DNA from: an uncultured Clostridia bacterium | GTDB taxonomy: Bacteria; Bacillota; Clostridia; Oscillospirales; Oscillospiraceae | DNA length: 64,000 nucleotides | Assembly (NCBI GenBank): GCA_946550725.1 | Contig: CAMNQX010000009.1 | Coordinates: forward strand, 69-64,068 | Reading direction: 5' to 3' | Shown here: positions 53,479-62,908 of the stretch, piece by piece | Numbering within the stretch: position 1 is the first letter of the stretch | Layout of the letters: every line of letters starts with the position of its first letter | Position numbers and translations under genes: made by a program | Notes under the pieces: model-generated | Database searches by the model: none | The model's input: only the letters and a program-made list of their open reading frames with translations | What the model was told of the DNA's origin: nothing

Positions 53479-53548
53479 ATCCGTCCCAAAGGGCCGTCGG
53501 TCCTTTGGGAAACTTTACGAGGTTTTTAAGCGGAGACCTCAGTCTGCG

Positions 53549-54925
53549 TTACAACGTGATCCAACCCAGGACGTTAGCGATGGAACTGACCAGGATGATC
53601 ATGAGGCAGATGGGAGCCAGATACTTCATGAAGAAGCAGTAAAGCCGCTTGCGGCGGAAGCGGGAGGACAGCTCGATCTCCTCTGCAAGGCGCTGGAAGC
53701 CCACCACTCGGACGATGAGGAAGCAGGTGGCCAGCGCGGCAAAGGGCATCATGACGGAGTTGGTGATGAAGTCAAAGAAGTCCAGGAACTGCATCCCCAG
53801 CAGGCGGACGTTGCTCCAAACGCCGAAGCCCAGGGCGGAGGCGGAGCCGAGTACGAAGATGATGCCGCCCAAGACAAGGCAGGCCACAGGGCGGGAGAGG
53901 TGAAGCTCGTCCTCCATGGTGGAAATGCAGGTCTCCAGCAGGGAAATGGCGCTGGTCAGGGCGGCGAAGAAGAACATGAGGAAGAAGGCAACCCCCACGA
54001 TACGGCCCACCCCCATGCTGGCAAAGACCTTGGGGAGGGTGATGAAGGTAAGGGACGGCCCCGCCTGCAGCGTGGCCATGTCGCCGCCGGAGAACACAAA
54101 GACGGCGGGAATGATCATCAGTCCGCTGAGCATAGCGATGGCGGTGTCGAAGATCTCCACCTGTGAGGTGCTCTTCTCCAGGTCCACGTCCTTGCCAATG
54201 TAGGAACCATAGGTGCAGAGGATGCCCATGGCGATGGACAGGGAGTAGAACATCTGCCCCATGGCGGCCACCACCGTCATGAAGGAGAAATCCTCCCACT
54301 TGGGAATGAGGAAGTATTTGACGCCCTCCCACGCGCCGGGGCGGGTGACGGAATAGGCCGCCACCGCCACTGCCAGCAGGATCAGCGCGGGCATCATCAC
54401 CTTGGACACCCGCTCCACCCCCTGCTTCACCCCGGCCAGAATGACCGCGAAGGACAAGAGAGTGAACAGCAGGAACCAAAATTCCACCTGCCCGGAGGCG
54501 GCGGTAAACCCGCCGAAATACCCGTCCCCGGCCAGGGCGGCGGAGCTGCCCCGGAGGTACTCAAAGAGATACTTCAGCACCCAGCCGCCGATGACGCTGT
54601 AATAGGGCGCGATAAGGAAGGGCACGATGGCGTTGACCCATCCGCCGATGTGGAAGGGCAGGGTCCGGCCAAAGGCGTGGAACGCCCCCACAGGGCTTTT
54701 CCTGGTCATGCGGCCCAGAGCGGTCTCCGACATGATGAGGGCGTAGCCGAAGGTGAGGGTCAAGACCAGATAGGTCAGCAAAAACATCCCGCCGCCGTAT
54801 TTGGCGGCCAGATAGGGGAAACGCCAGATGTTTCCCAGTCCCACGGCGGAGCCTGCCACGGCCAGCACATAACCGATGCGGCCGGAGAAGCTGCTGCGGG
54901 CTGCGGGGGCGGAATTTTCTTTCAT
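53549..54925 (-). CDS. Sodium-dependent transporter of the neurotransmitter:sodium symporter (NSS/SNF) family.
   Basis: Hallmark GLGNIWRFPYLAAKYGGG near the N-terminus, in a polytopic membrane protein. Confidence 0.9.
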   Translation of the reverse strand: MKENSAPAARSSFSGRIGYVLAVAGSAVGLGNIWRFPYLAAKYGGGMFLLTYLVLTLTFGYALIMSETALGRMTRKSPVGAFHAFGRTLPFHIGGWVNAIVPFLIAPYYSVIGGWVLKYLFEYLRGSSAALAGDGYFGGFTAASGQVEFWFLLFTLLSFAVILAGVKQGVERVSKVMMPALILLAVAVAAYSVTRPGAWEGVKYFLIPKWEDFSFMTVVAAMGQMFYSLSIAMGILCTYGSYIGKDVDLEKSTSQVEIFDTAIAMLSGLMIIPAVFVFSGGDMATLQAGPSLTFITLPKVFASMGVGRIVGVAFFLMFFFAALTSAISLLETCISTMEDELHLSRPVACLVLGGIIFVLGSASALGFGVWSNVRLLGMQFLDFFDFITNSVMMPFAALATCFLIVRVVGFQRLAEEIELSSRFRRKRLYCFFMKYLAPICLMIILVSSIANVLGWITL

Positions 54926-55002
54926 GTCATGGCCTCCGTGTCAACATAGTGTTCCCATCATACCATTCTTTTGACATTTATTCAACCCCGACGGGAAAAG
55001 CG

Positions 55003-55035
55003 AAAAAAGGAGGACACGCCAGCGGCGTGTCCTCC
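55003..55035 (-). terminator. Rho-independent terminator of the amino-acid ABC operon.
   Basis: GGAGGACACGCC-agc-GGCGTGTCCTCC. On the minus strand it is followed by TTTTTTCGCTTTT. Confidence 0.8.
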
Positions 55036-55058
55036 CAAACCGTATCAGGGAAAACAGA

Positions 55059-55847
55059 TCAATTCTCCCCGTAACGGGCCAAAAACTGACGGGTGCGCTC
55101 CTCCTTGGGGTGGTCGATGACCTCCCTGGCGGGGCCTTGCTCCACGATGACGCCGCCGTCCATGAAGATGACCTGGTCGGCCACATCCCGGGCAAAGGCC
55201 ATCTCGTGGGTGACGATGACCATGGTGGTGTTTTGCTCCGCCAGGGAACGGATGACCTTCAACACCTCCCCGGTCAGCTCCGGGTCCAGGGCGGAGGTTG
55301 GCTCATCAAAGCAGAGAATGTCGGGGCTGAGGGCCAGGGCGCGGGCGATGGCCACCCGCTGCTGCTGGCCGCCGGAGAGCTGGTGGGGATAGTGCCCCGC
55401 CCGGTCGGCCAGCCCCATCTGGGCCAGCAGCTCCTTGCCCCGGGTGTCGATGTCGGCAAACAGTTGCTTTTTACGAGCCTTGAAATCGGGCTGTTCCTTG
55501 GCCAGCAGCTTGCTCGCCAGGGTGACGTTTTCCAGGGCGGTGTACTGGGGAAAGAGGTTGAAGGACTGGAACACCAGCCCGAAGTGGAGCCGCTTGCGGC
55601 GCACCTCCTCCTCCCGCTGGGTGGAGAGGTCGGCGGTGTCGAACAGCGTCTCGCCGTTTACGGTGATGCGGCCCTTGTCCGGCGTCTCCAGGAAATTGAG
55701 ACAGCGCAGCAGGGTGGTCTTGCCGCTGCCGGACGAGCCGATGATGGCAAGAGCCTGCCCCTTTTCCAGGGAGAAGGTGATGTCCTCCAGCACCCGGGTG
55801 TCGCCAAAGTGCTTTTCGATGTTTTGTACGTCTAAGATCGCAGACAC
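55059..55847 (-). CDS. Polar amino-acid ABC transporter ATP-binding protein (GlnQ/HisP-like).
   Basis: [15 protein letters not shown] (Walker A), [15 protein letters not shown] (signature) and [12 protein letters not shown] (Walker B). Confidence 0.9.
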   Translation of the reverse strand: MSAILDVQNIEKHFGDTRVLEDITFSLEKGQALAIIGSSGSGKTTLLRCLNFLETPDKGRITVNGETLFDTADLSTQREEEVRRKRLHFGLVFQSFNLFPQYTALENVTLASKLLAKEQPDFKARKKQLFADIDTRGKELLAQMGLADRAGHYPHQLSGGQQQRVAIARALALSPDILCFDEPTSALDPELTGEVLKVIRSLAEQNTTMVIVTHEMAFARDVADQVIFMDGGVIVEQGPAREVIDHPKEERTRQFLARYGEN

Positions 55848-55859
55848 ATGCCCACCCCC

Positions 55860-56534
55860 TCAGCGGAAATAGTCCAGCTTCTTCTCCAGCCGGCCCAGCA
55901 GGACGGTCACCACCCCGTTGAACACCAGATAGTATATCCCGGTGAAAAACAGGGGCCAGAGCAGGCCGGAGTAACCGTGAGAGGTCTTCATAAAGGCTTG
56001 CCCCGCCCAGATGACCTCCTGGAAGGAGATGATGCGGGCCAGGGAGGTGTCCTTCACCAGGGTGATGATCTCGTTGGACATGGGCGGGACGATGCGCTTG
56101 ACCATCTGCAGCAGAGTGACCTTGAAAAAGATGTCCCGCCTGGTCATACCCAGCACCAGCCCCGCCTCCTGCTGGCCCACGGGAACGCCCTGGATGCCGC
56201 CCCGGTAGATCTCGGAGAAGTAGCAGGCGTAGTTGATGATGAAGGCGATGGCGGAGGCGAGAAAACGCCCCGCCTCCCCGGTGCCCCAGGGGGAGTACCC
56301 CAAGACCTTGCCCGGGACGTAGTAGAGGATAATGAGTTGGAGCATCAGGGGGGTGCCCCGAATGACCCAGATGACGGTGCGGGTGAGCCACCGCAAGGGG
56401 GCGAACCGGCTCATGGAGCCGAAGGAGATGATCAGCCCCAGGGGCAGCGCGCCCAGGAGGGTGACCACAAACAGCTTCAGCGTCTGCAAAAAGCCCTCGT
56501 TCAGCGCGCCGACAACAACAGCAAGGACCTCCAC
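55860..56534 (-). CDS. Polar amino-acid ABC transporter permease (HisM/GlnP-like).
   Basis: The pattern IRGTPLMLQLIILYY...EIYRGGIQGVPVGQQEAG...LG is typical of the His/Glu/Gln/Arg permease family. Confidence 0.9.
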   Translation of the reverse strand: MEVLAVVVGALNEGFLQTLKLFVVTLLGALPLGLIISFGSMSRFAPLRWLTRTVIWVIRGTPLMLQLIILYYVPGKVLGYSPWGTGEAGRFLASAIAFIINYACYFSEIYRGGIQGVPVGQQEAGLVLGMTRRDIFFKVTLLQMVKRIVPPMSNEIITLVKDTSLARIISFQEVIWAGQAFMKTSHGYSGLLWPLFFTGIYYLVFNGVVTVLLGRLEKKLDYFR

Positions 56535-56537
56535 GGC

Positions 56538-57332
56538 TTACTTCTGCTCAATGAGCTTGTCGCCGATGCCGTAGGTATCGGCGATCTTCTGCATGGTGCC
56601 GTCGGCGTAGGCGGTCTTGAAGAAGGCGTTCAGCTCGGCGGCCAGGTCACTGCCCTTGCGGAAGCCCACGCCGTACTCTTCGCTGTTCAGCTCGCAGGTG
56701 TATGTAAGGTCGGCGTAGCTGGTGCCCTCGCCCACGGTGGCCGCGGCCATGAGGTAGTCAATGACCGCCGCGTCAGCGGTGCCGGAGGACACCTCCAGCA
56801 GAGCGGTGGCCTGATCCAGCACGGGGGTGTAGGACGCGCCCAGCGCCTCCACCTGCTCCATACCGGCGGAGCCGTCCTCCACGGCGAACTGGAGACCCTT
56901 CACGCTGTCGGCGGTCTGGTAATCGGCGGCCTTGTCCGCCTTGACGATGACCACCTGGGCGTTGTTGAAGTAGGGGTTGGAGCACTCCATGGCCGCCTTC
57001 ACGTCGTCGGTGAGGGTCATGCCGTTCCACACCACGTCGATGGTCTTGCCCTCCAGCTCGGAGATCTTCTGGTTCCAGTCGATGATCTGGAACTCCGCCT
57101 CCACGCCCAGACTCTCAGCAAAGGCCTTGGCCAGGTCGGCGTCAAAGCCGACCCACTCGCCATTGGCGTCGGTGTAGTCCATTGGCTCAAACTCGGTGAT
57201 GCCCACGATCAACTTACCTTGGTCTTTGACATAGGCCAGGTCGCTGCCGGCGGCTTTGTTCCCGCCGGCGCAGGCGGTGAGGGCGGCCATCAGGGCCAGT
57301 GCCAGGGTCAACGCAAGAAGCTTTCTCTTCAT
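56538..57332 (-). CDS. Amino-acid ABC transporter substrate-binding lipoprotein.
   Basis: Lipobox LTAC|AG and a type 3 solute-binding pattern (LIVGITEFEPMDY...IDVVWNGMT). Confidence 0.85.
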   Translation of the reverse strand: MKRKLLALTLALALMAALTACAGGNKAAGSDLAYVKDQGKLIVGITEFEPMDYTDANGEWVGFDADLAKAFAESLGVEAEFQIIDWNQKISELEGKTIDVVWNGMTLTDDVKAAMECSNPYFNNAQVVIVKADKAADYQTADSVKGLQFAVEDGSAGMEQVEALGASYTPVLDQATALLEVSSGTADAAVIDYLMAAATVGEGTSYADLTYTCELNSEEYGVGFRKGSDLAAELNAFFKTAYADGTMQKIADTYGIGDKLIEQK

Positions 57333-57461
57333 ATTTCATTCCTCCATGTGCGCGCCTAAAGTATAGTAGCACGCTAACGATTTACTATGTTAGCATACGA
57401 AAGCGTTTTTGTAAAGATGCCGGACGAAATTTTTTTCGAAGCGGGAACGGGAGGGCGGGCG

Positions 57462-57490
57462 TTGCGCTGGCGGGACGGGTATGGTATACT
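57462..57490 (+). promoter_or_regulatory. Sigma-70-like promoter for the FAD-protein operon: TTGCGC, 17-nt spacer, TGgTATACT.
   Basis: Read directly, about 35 nt upstream of the AAGGAGGA Shine-Dalgarno and the ATG at 57524. Confidence 0.45.
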
Positions 57491-57523
57491 TTGGATAAGA
57501 TACCTATTAAGGAGGAAACACCC

Positions 57524-58912
57524 ATGAAACAGAAATGGGACGTGATCATCATTGGCGCGGGGGAGGCGGGCATCTACGCCGCCTGGGAGCTGTCCAAGCT
57601 CCGCTCCGACCTGTCCGTTCTGGTACTGGACCAGGGCAGGGACATCTACCACCGGGCCTGCCCCATTGTGGCGGGGAAGGTGAAGAGCTGCGTCCAGTGC
57701 GGCGTGTGCGACACCATGTGCGGCTTCGGCGGCGCGGGGGCGTTCTCCGACGGCAAGTTCAACTTCACCACCGCCTTCGGCGGCTGGCTGACGGATTTTC
57801 TGCCCCAGAAGGAGGTCATGGACCTCATCGACTATGTGGACGACATCAATGTGGCTCATGGGGCGACCACGGAGGTCTTTTCCACCAACTCCCCGGCGGC
57901 GAAGGCGCTGGAGAAGAAGGCGCTGGGCTTCGACCTCCACCTTCTGTCTGCCAAGGTGAAGCATCTGGGTACGGAAAACAACCTGAACATCCTGAAGGCC
58001 CTCTACGAGGACTTGAAGGAGCGGGTCACCTTTGCCTTTGGCGCGGCGGTGGAGACCATCGCCCGGGACGGGGACGGCTACGCGCTCACCTTGGCGGGGG
58101 GCGAGACGGAGATCTGCCGCTATCTCATCGGCGCGCCGGGGCGCAGCGGGGCGGAGTGGTTCGCCAAGCAGTGCAAGGCCCTGGGGCTGGAGCTTCTGAA
58201 CAACCAGGTGGACATCGGCGTGCGGGTGGAGCTGCCCGCGGCGGTGTTTTCCCACATTACCGACGTGGTGTACGAGTCCAAGCTGGTCTACCGCACGAAG
58301 CAGTACGGTGACAGCGTGCGCACCTTCTGCATGAATCCGTACGGCCATGTGGTCACCGAGAACGTGGAGGGCATCAACACGGTGAACGGCCACTCCTACT
58401 CCGACCCCGCCCTCCAAAGCGACAACACCAACTTCGCCCTGCTGGTGTCCAACCGCTTCACCCAGCCCTTTGACGAGCCGTACCGCTATGGCAAGCACGT
58501 GGCGTCCCTCTCGAATATGCTGGCGGGGGGCGTGCTGGTGCAGCGGTTCGGCGACCTCATCAACGGCCGGCGCACCAACGAACACCGGCTGAGCAAGTCC
58601 TTCACCCGGCCCACCCTCACCGCCGCCATCCCCGGCGACCTGTCTCTGGCCCTGCCCAAGCGGCAGCTGGACGACATCGTGGAGATGATCTACGCCCTGG
58701 ACAAGCTGGCTCCCGGCACCGCCAACTATGACACGCTGCTCTACGGCGCGGAGGTGAAGTTTTATTCCTCCAGATTGCAGCTCTCCGGGGAGCTGGAGAC
58801 CAAGCTCCCCGGCTTCTTCGCCGTGGGCGACGGCGCGGGAGTCACCCGCGGCCTGGCCCAGGCCGGCGCGTCGGGCGTCAAGGCCGCCCGGGCCATCGCG
58901 GGGAGGAAATGA
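57524..58912 (+). CDS. FAD-dependent oxidoreductase of unknown substrate.
   Basis: DVIIIGAGEAGIYAAWEL dinucleotide fold, a CxxCxxC-like cluster (CVQCGVCDTMC) and C-terminal FAVGDGAG. The start is moved to ATG 57524, which has a strong Shine-Dalgarno. Confidence 0.8.
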   Translation: MKQKWDVIIIGAGEAGIYAAWELSKLRSDLSVLVLDQGRDIYHRACPIVAGKVKSCVQCGVCDTMCGFGGAGAFSDGKFNFTTAFGGWLTDFLPQKEVMDLIDYVDDINVAHGATTEVFSTNSPAAKALEKKALGFDLHLLSAKVKHLGTENNLNILKALYEDLKERVTFAFGAAVETIARDGDGYALTLAGGETEICRYLIGAPGRSGAEWFAKQCKALGLELLNNQVDIGVRVELPAAVFSHITDVVYESKLVYRTKQYGDSVRTFCMNPYGHVVTENVEGINTVNGHSYSDPALQSDNTNFALLVSNRFTQPFDEPYRYGKHVASLSNMLAGGVLVQRFGDLINGRRTNEHRLSKSFTRPTLTAAIPGDLSLALPKRQLDDIVEMIYALDKLAPGTANYDTLLYGAEVKFYSSRLQLSGELETKLPGFFAVGDGAGVTRGLAQAGASGVKAARAIAGRK

Positions 58913-59587
58913 GTGGTGCTGACCTACGAAGCCGCCGGTGAGGACATCCTCGCCCTGCTGGATAAAGAGTGGTTGAACACGCGGGACCTTCAAACGCTGG
59001 CGCAACTTCTCCCGGACTGTGATGTCGATCTGCGGCAGTCCATCGCGGAGCAGCTGATCAACGCCGAGCCGGACGAGGCGTGGCCGCTGCTGCGGACGCT
59101 GGCGGAAGACGAAAATTGGGTGGTGCGGGCGGAGGCGTGCCAGTCGCTGAGCGTCAATCACGGGGACGGGGCGCGAGCGCTGCTGGAAAGGATCTGCCGG
59201 GACGAGGAGAACGAGACCGTCCGCGCCTACGCCATCCAGTCCTTGGGCGCGGTGTTGAAGGCGGGGAAGGAGACGCGGCGCGGCGTGGCCCTGCTGCGGG
59301 AGCTGAAACAGAGCCAACCGGGAGCGCGGGTCCAAATGGCAGTGCTGGAGGCGTTGTACGGCGTGGAGCCACAGCAAGGATATCTGGAGGAGCTGGCGGA
59401 GTATCTCCGCTGGGACGACTATACCATCCGCTGCACCGCGCTGAATCACCTCTCGGAAATGGCGGCGGAAGAAAACCGGACGCTGATCCAAGAGTACTTG
59501 ACACAGCTCAAGCAAAGGGAAAGCACCCGGGCGGTGCGGAGCACGATCAAGAGACTGGAACGGAAGCTGGAGGAGATGGGAGAATGA
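58913..59587 (+). CDS. HEAT-repeat protein (GTG start).
   Basis: Repeated ...D.NW.VRA.A..SLG... units (DENWVVRAEACQSL, NETVRAYAIQSLG, DDYTIRCTALNHL). Confidence 0.7.
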   Translation: MVLTYEAAGEDILALLDKEWLNTRDLQTLAQLLPDCDVDLRQSIAEQLINAEPDEAWPLLRTLAEDENWVVRAEACQSLSVNHGDGARALLERICRDEENETVRAYAIQSLGAVLKAGKETRRGVALLRELKQSQPGARVQMAVLEALYGVEPQQGYLEELAEYLRWDDYTIRCTALNHLSEMAAEENRTLIQEYLTQLKQRESTRAVRSTIKRLERKLEEMGE

Positions 59588-61032
59588 ACCGCAAGCAAGT
59601 TGCCCGCTGTGCGTTTGGGGAGGCCCTGTGCGCTTTGCTGATGCTGGTGGGCTGCCGAAGGGGAGGGGACATACCCCAGCCGCCGGAGCCAACCGTCCAG
59701 ACCTCCGTCTCTCCAAGCCCGTCGCCGTCTCCTGACCGGGAGGTGGAGCCGGTGTCCCTTGACGACTTCCTGAGTGAGGTCAACCAGCGACGCCAGGCCG
59801 CGACGGAGGGGGAGCCTCTGGACCTGTCCGCCTACATGACCGACCACCCGGAGCAGGCCCAAACCTACACGGACGAGGAGCTGGCGCTTCTCACCACCAA
59901 CCGGGGCAAGGGGGAGGAGCTGACGAAGGAACAGCTGCTGGCCGATGTGGACAGCTGTTTGACCTTGCTGCAAACCACCTACGGGGCTTATGACTACTTT
60001 GGCGGGGACGAGGTGTTCATGCCGCTGATGGCGGGGGTGAAGGAGGAGCTGGAAGCTCTGGAGGCCCCCACCGCCGCCGACCTGGAAAACGCGCTGGCGG
60101 ACAGTCTGGCCCAGGTGGTGCGGGACGGGCATTTCCAGGTGGGAAGTCATGCCCTGCGGGACAGCTTTTCCCAAGAGATGTACTATGTTCCCGGTCTCTA
60201 CTTTGACGACCTGGCGGGCCGGACCATGGACTATGTGAAGCCCACCATCGGCCCCGACGGGCGGATCTGTTACTGGTACGCCGCCCTGAGCCACGACGGG
60301 AGCGATCTGCCCGGCGAGCTGGACGGGGAGACGCTGAGCTGGACCAGGGCGGGGACCATCCGCTCTGACGGCACGGTGTTCCGGACGTTGGAGCAGAGCG
60401 GCGTGCCCGTATTGGTTTCCCGGGCCATGTGGGCGGGCATGACAAGCTCCAAGGAGAAACAGCTGGAGCGGCTGGCCGCCTGCGGCGGGGACTACGCCGA
60501 CGCGCCTCTGCTGGTGTTCGACGTGATGGGCAACGGCGGCGGCGACGACGGGTATATTCTGGACTGGTTTGAGGGCTGGACTGGGCAGTATGACCCGCGG
60601 CGGATCGTCTTTGCCCGCCGCTTGAGCCAGCTGGCCCGCTATGTCATGCCCAGCTACGCCGACTACGGGGCGCCGGGTTGCTGGGCCAGTGGAGCGGAAA
60701 CGGGAAGCTGGACCGGGCGGGAGGGCGTGACCTTTGTCCTCACCGACAAGGGGGTGGCCTCCTCGGGAGAGTCGGCGGTGGAGCTGTTCCGCACCGTGGA
60801 AAACACCCTTTTTATAGGGGGGCCAACCACTGGGTGCGCCCTGGTTCCAAACAATTTGGCGTTCTATTTGCCCAACTCCGGCCTGGGGCTTTATTTTGGC
60901 ACCGGACTGAGCGCGGCGGAGGACGTGGAGAACCGGGACGGGGTGGGATACCTCCCCGACCTGTGGGTGGAGCCGCTGGACGCCCGCAAGGCGGTGTTTC
61001 AGCTGATGGAGCATTATGAGATGGTGGGCTGA
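59584..61032 (+). CDS. Lipoprotein, S41 (tail-specific protease-like) peptidase family candidate.
   Basis: An internal ATG overlaps the HEAT stop (ATGA). Lipobox LLMLVGC|R. FDVMGNGGGDD and TDKGVASSGESAVELF resemble the S41 motifs (DLRGNGGG and the catalytic Ser region). Confidence 0.6.
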   Translation: MNRKQVARCAFGEALCALLMLVGCRRGGDIPQPPEPTVQTSVSPSPSPSPDREVEPVSLDDFLSEVNQRRQAATEGEPLDLSAYMTDHPEQAQTYTDEELALLTTNRGKGEELTKEQLLADVDSCLTLLQTTYGAYDYFGGDEVFMPLMAGVKEELEALEAPTAADLENALADSLAQVVRDGHFQVGSHALRDSFSQEMYYVPGLYFDDLAGRTMDYVKPTIGPDGRICYWYAALSHDGSDLPGELDGETLSWTRAGTIRSDGTVFRTLEQSGVPVLVSRAMWAGMTSSKEKQLERLAACGGDYADAPLLVFDVMGNGGGDDGYILDWFEGWTGQYDPRRIVFARRLSQLARYVMPSYADYGAPGCWASGAETGSWTGREGVTFVLTDKGVASSGESAVELFRTVENTLFIGGPTTGCALVPNNLAFYLPNSGLGLYFGTGLSAAEDVENRDGVGYLPDLWVEPLDARKAVFQLMEHYEMVG

Positions 61033-61043
61033 GGGGCCTTGAC

Positions 61044-61065
61044 GGGCGGCTGGGGACAGCCGCCC
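61044..61065. repeat. GC-rich hairpin repeat type 1 (GGGCGGCTG-nnnn-CAGCCGCCC), copy a.
   Basis: 9-bp perfect stem followed by CTAC. The reverse complement is nearly identical to copy d (GTAGGGGCGGCTGTCCYCAGCCGCCC). Confidence 0.8.
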
Positions 61066-61100
61066 CTACGGCACGCTCAGGACCTGCGTTAGTCTCGTAG

Positions 61101-61122
61101 GGGCCGATGTCCACATCGGCCC
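61101..61122. repeat. GC-rich hairpin repeat type 2 (GGGCCGATG-nnnn-CATCGGCCC), copy b.
   Basis: 9-bp perfect stem preceded by CGTAG. Related to copy c. Confidence 0.8.
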
Positions 61123-61213
61123 GCGAACGCCGTACCTTCGACCAGGTTTACCCATAATTATTTTCTACACCTACCTTTCACCCTGTTTTTTCCAAGGCCA
61201 AAAAGTCGGAAAA

Positions 61214-61220
61214 TGTCGAA
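61214..61220 (+). promoter_or_regulatory. Perfect Spo0A-box-like heptamer TGTCGAA. A 6/7 copy, TGTCGAT, is at 61276-61282.
   Basis: String match to the 0A-box consensus TGNCGAA. A heptamer alone is weak evidence. Confidence 0.3.
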
Positions 61221-61238
61221 AGCCCATGACTGCGGGGA

Positions 61239-61267
61239 ATTTCCACATTTCCACAAAGTTTTCCACA
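61239..61267 (+). promoter_or_regulatory. Cluster of three same-orientation DnaA-box-like 9-mers upstream of mnmE.
   Basis: ATTTCCACA (61239-61247) and ATTTCCACA (61247-61255) match TTATCCACA at 7/9. TTTTCCACA (61259-61267) matches at 8/9. Confidence 0.45.
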
Positions 61268-61379
61268 TGGGGGAATGTCGATGTCAAGAGGAAAGTGGGA
61301 AAAACAGTTTACATAAATTTCTGTCAAGTCATTTTTTCATAAAATATTACACAAACTTTCACAGAGAGGAGGCAGAGGC

Positions 61380-62750
61380 ATGGAAGAGCTGATCGCCGCC
61401 ATCGCCACAGGTCCGGTGAAGTCCGCCGTGGGGGTTATCCGCCTGTCGGGAGAGGGCGCGATCCCTTGCGCCGCAAAGGTTTTCCGTCCCAAGAGCGGCA
61501 AGGTGTTCGGCATGGGCGCACCCCGCCGCCTGACCCTGGGCGACGTGGTGGACGGGGAGGGAACGGTCATCGACCAAGCCCTTGCCACCTTCTCCATCGC
61601 TCCCAACAGCTACACCGGGGAGGACACGGTGGAGCTTCACTGCCACGGCTCGCCCACGGTGCTGGCGTTGACCCTGGAGGTGCTGTTTCAACACGGCGCC
61701 CGGCAGGCCAGGGCGGGGGAGTTCACCCGCCGGGCCTTCTTGAACGGCAAGCTGGACCTGACCCAGGCGGAGGCGGTGGCTGACCTCATCGACGCCCAGA
61801 CTCCCGCCGCGGCTGTGCGGGCGGCGGGCCAGCTGGGCGGGGAGCTGTCTCGGAGGATCGAGGCGGTCTATGACGATCTGACTGATCTTTTGGCCCATTT
61901 TCATGTGCTGGTGGACTACCCCGACGAGGACCTGGAGCCTATGGACAGCCCCCAGATCGCCGCGCGGCTGGCGGGGGCCAGGGAGACGCTGGAGCAAATG
62001 TTGGAGGGCTACCGGCGCAGCGGACAGTATCTGCGGGGCATCCCCACCGCCATCGTGGGGCTGCCCAACGCGGGGAAATCCTCCCTCTTAAACGCCCTTT
62101 TGGGCTACGACCGGGCCATCGTCACCGACATTCCCGGCACCACCCGGGACACGGTGGAGGAGACCTGCCAGCTGGGGCGGAATCTGCTGCGGCTCACCGA
62201 CACGGCGGGCCTGCGGGACACCCACGACGCGGTGGAACAGCAAGGCGTGGCGCGCAGCCGCAGGGCTATGGAGGAAGCGGCGCTGATCCTGGCAGTGGTG
62301 GACGGAACGCGGGGGGTCACGGAGGAGGATGTCCAACTGCTTCGGGAGGTGGAGGAGACAGGCAAGCCCTGGATCTTTGTGGCCTCCAAAAAGGATCTGG
62401 TCAACGGCAGCCGCGCCATAGGAGTTGTAGGCAGCGGCGCGCCTTCCTCGGTGGCGGTTTCCGCCAAGACAGGGGAGGGGCTGGACGAGCTGGCAAAGGA
62501 GATCGGCGCGTTGTTTCCCGCCGGGGCGGGGGAGACCGTCTACTTCACCAACGCCCGTCAGGCCGCGGCGGCGGGAGAGGCGGTGGAGTGCCTGACGCGG
62601 GCCGTAGAAGGGCTGGCGGCGGGGATGGCCCCCGACGGCCCCCTGAGCGACGTGGAGCTTGCCATGAGCGCTTTGGGCGAATTGACCGGCCGCAATATCC
62701 AGGAGGACGTGGTGGACCGTATCTTCAGCCGGTTCTGCGTGGGCAAATAG
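61380..62750 (+). CDS. mnmE: tRNA modification GTPase MnmE (TrmE/ThdF).
   Basis: The N-terminus IAAIATGPVKSAVGVIRLSG, G-domain motifs GLPNAGKSSLLNAL and DTAGLR, and the C-terminal FCVGK (C-I/V-G-K) motif. Confidence 0.95.
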   Translation: MEELIAAIATGPVKSAVGVIRLSGEGAIPCAAKVFRPKSGKVFGMGAPRRLTLGDVVDGEGTVIDQALATFSIAPNSYTGEDTVELHCHGSPTVLALTLEVLFQHGARQARAGEFTRRAFLNGKLDLTQAEAVADLIDAQTPAAAVRAAGQLGGELSRRIEAVYDDLTDLLAHFHVLVDYPDEDLEPMDSPQIAARLAGARETLEQMLEGYRRSGQYLRGIPTAIVGLPNAGKSSLLNALLGYDRAIVTDIPGTTRDTVEETCQLGRNLLRLTDTAGLRDTHDAVEQQGVARSRRAMEEAALILAVVDGTRGVTEEDVQLLREVEETGKPWIFVASKKDLVNGSRAIGVVGSGAPSSVAVSAKTGEGLDELAKEIGALFPAGAGETVYFTNARQAAAAGEAVECLTRAVEGLAAGMAPDGPLSDVELAMSALGELTGRNIQEDVVDRIFSRFCVGK

Positions 62751-62772
62751 GGCCCAATGCCCTCATCGGGCC
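62751..62772. repeat. GC-rich hairpin repeat type 2, copy c (GGCCCAATG-ccct-CATCGGGCC, one mismatch).
   Basis: Starts directly after the mnmE stop codon. Confidence 0.7.
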
Positions 62773-62908
62773 GTTGTCACGCTCCCGTTGGACACGCACA
62801 CGGTCGCATTTTCGCTTCGTCTCGGGCCAAATCGCGGCGGCTTCGCCGCCTTACCAATTCGGCCCTCGCTCCGCTCAGATGTTCCCTGCGTGTCTACGGG
62901 TCGCGCTT

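Noticed and set aside
57299-57523. N-terminal 75 codons of the 537-aa track ORF (57299-58912).
   Set aside because: The extension runs through the divergent promoter region and overlaps the start of the minus-strand substrate-binding gene. The ATG at 57524 has an AAGGAGGA Shine-Dalgarno and starts directly with the FAD-binding fold.
59080-59583. N-terminal 168 codons of the 650-aa track ORF (59080-61032).
   Set aside because: This part overlaps the HEAT-repeat gene in a different frame and translates to an Arg/Gly/Ala-rich string. The internal ATG at 59584 overlaps the HEAT stop (ATGA) and opens a typical lipoprotein signal peptide, so it is taken as the true start.
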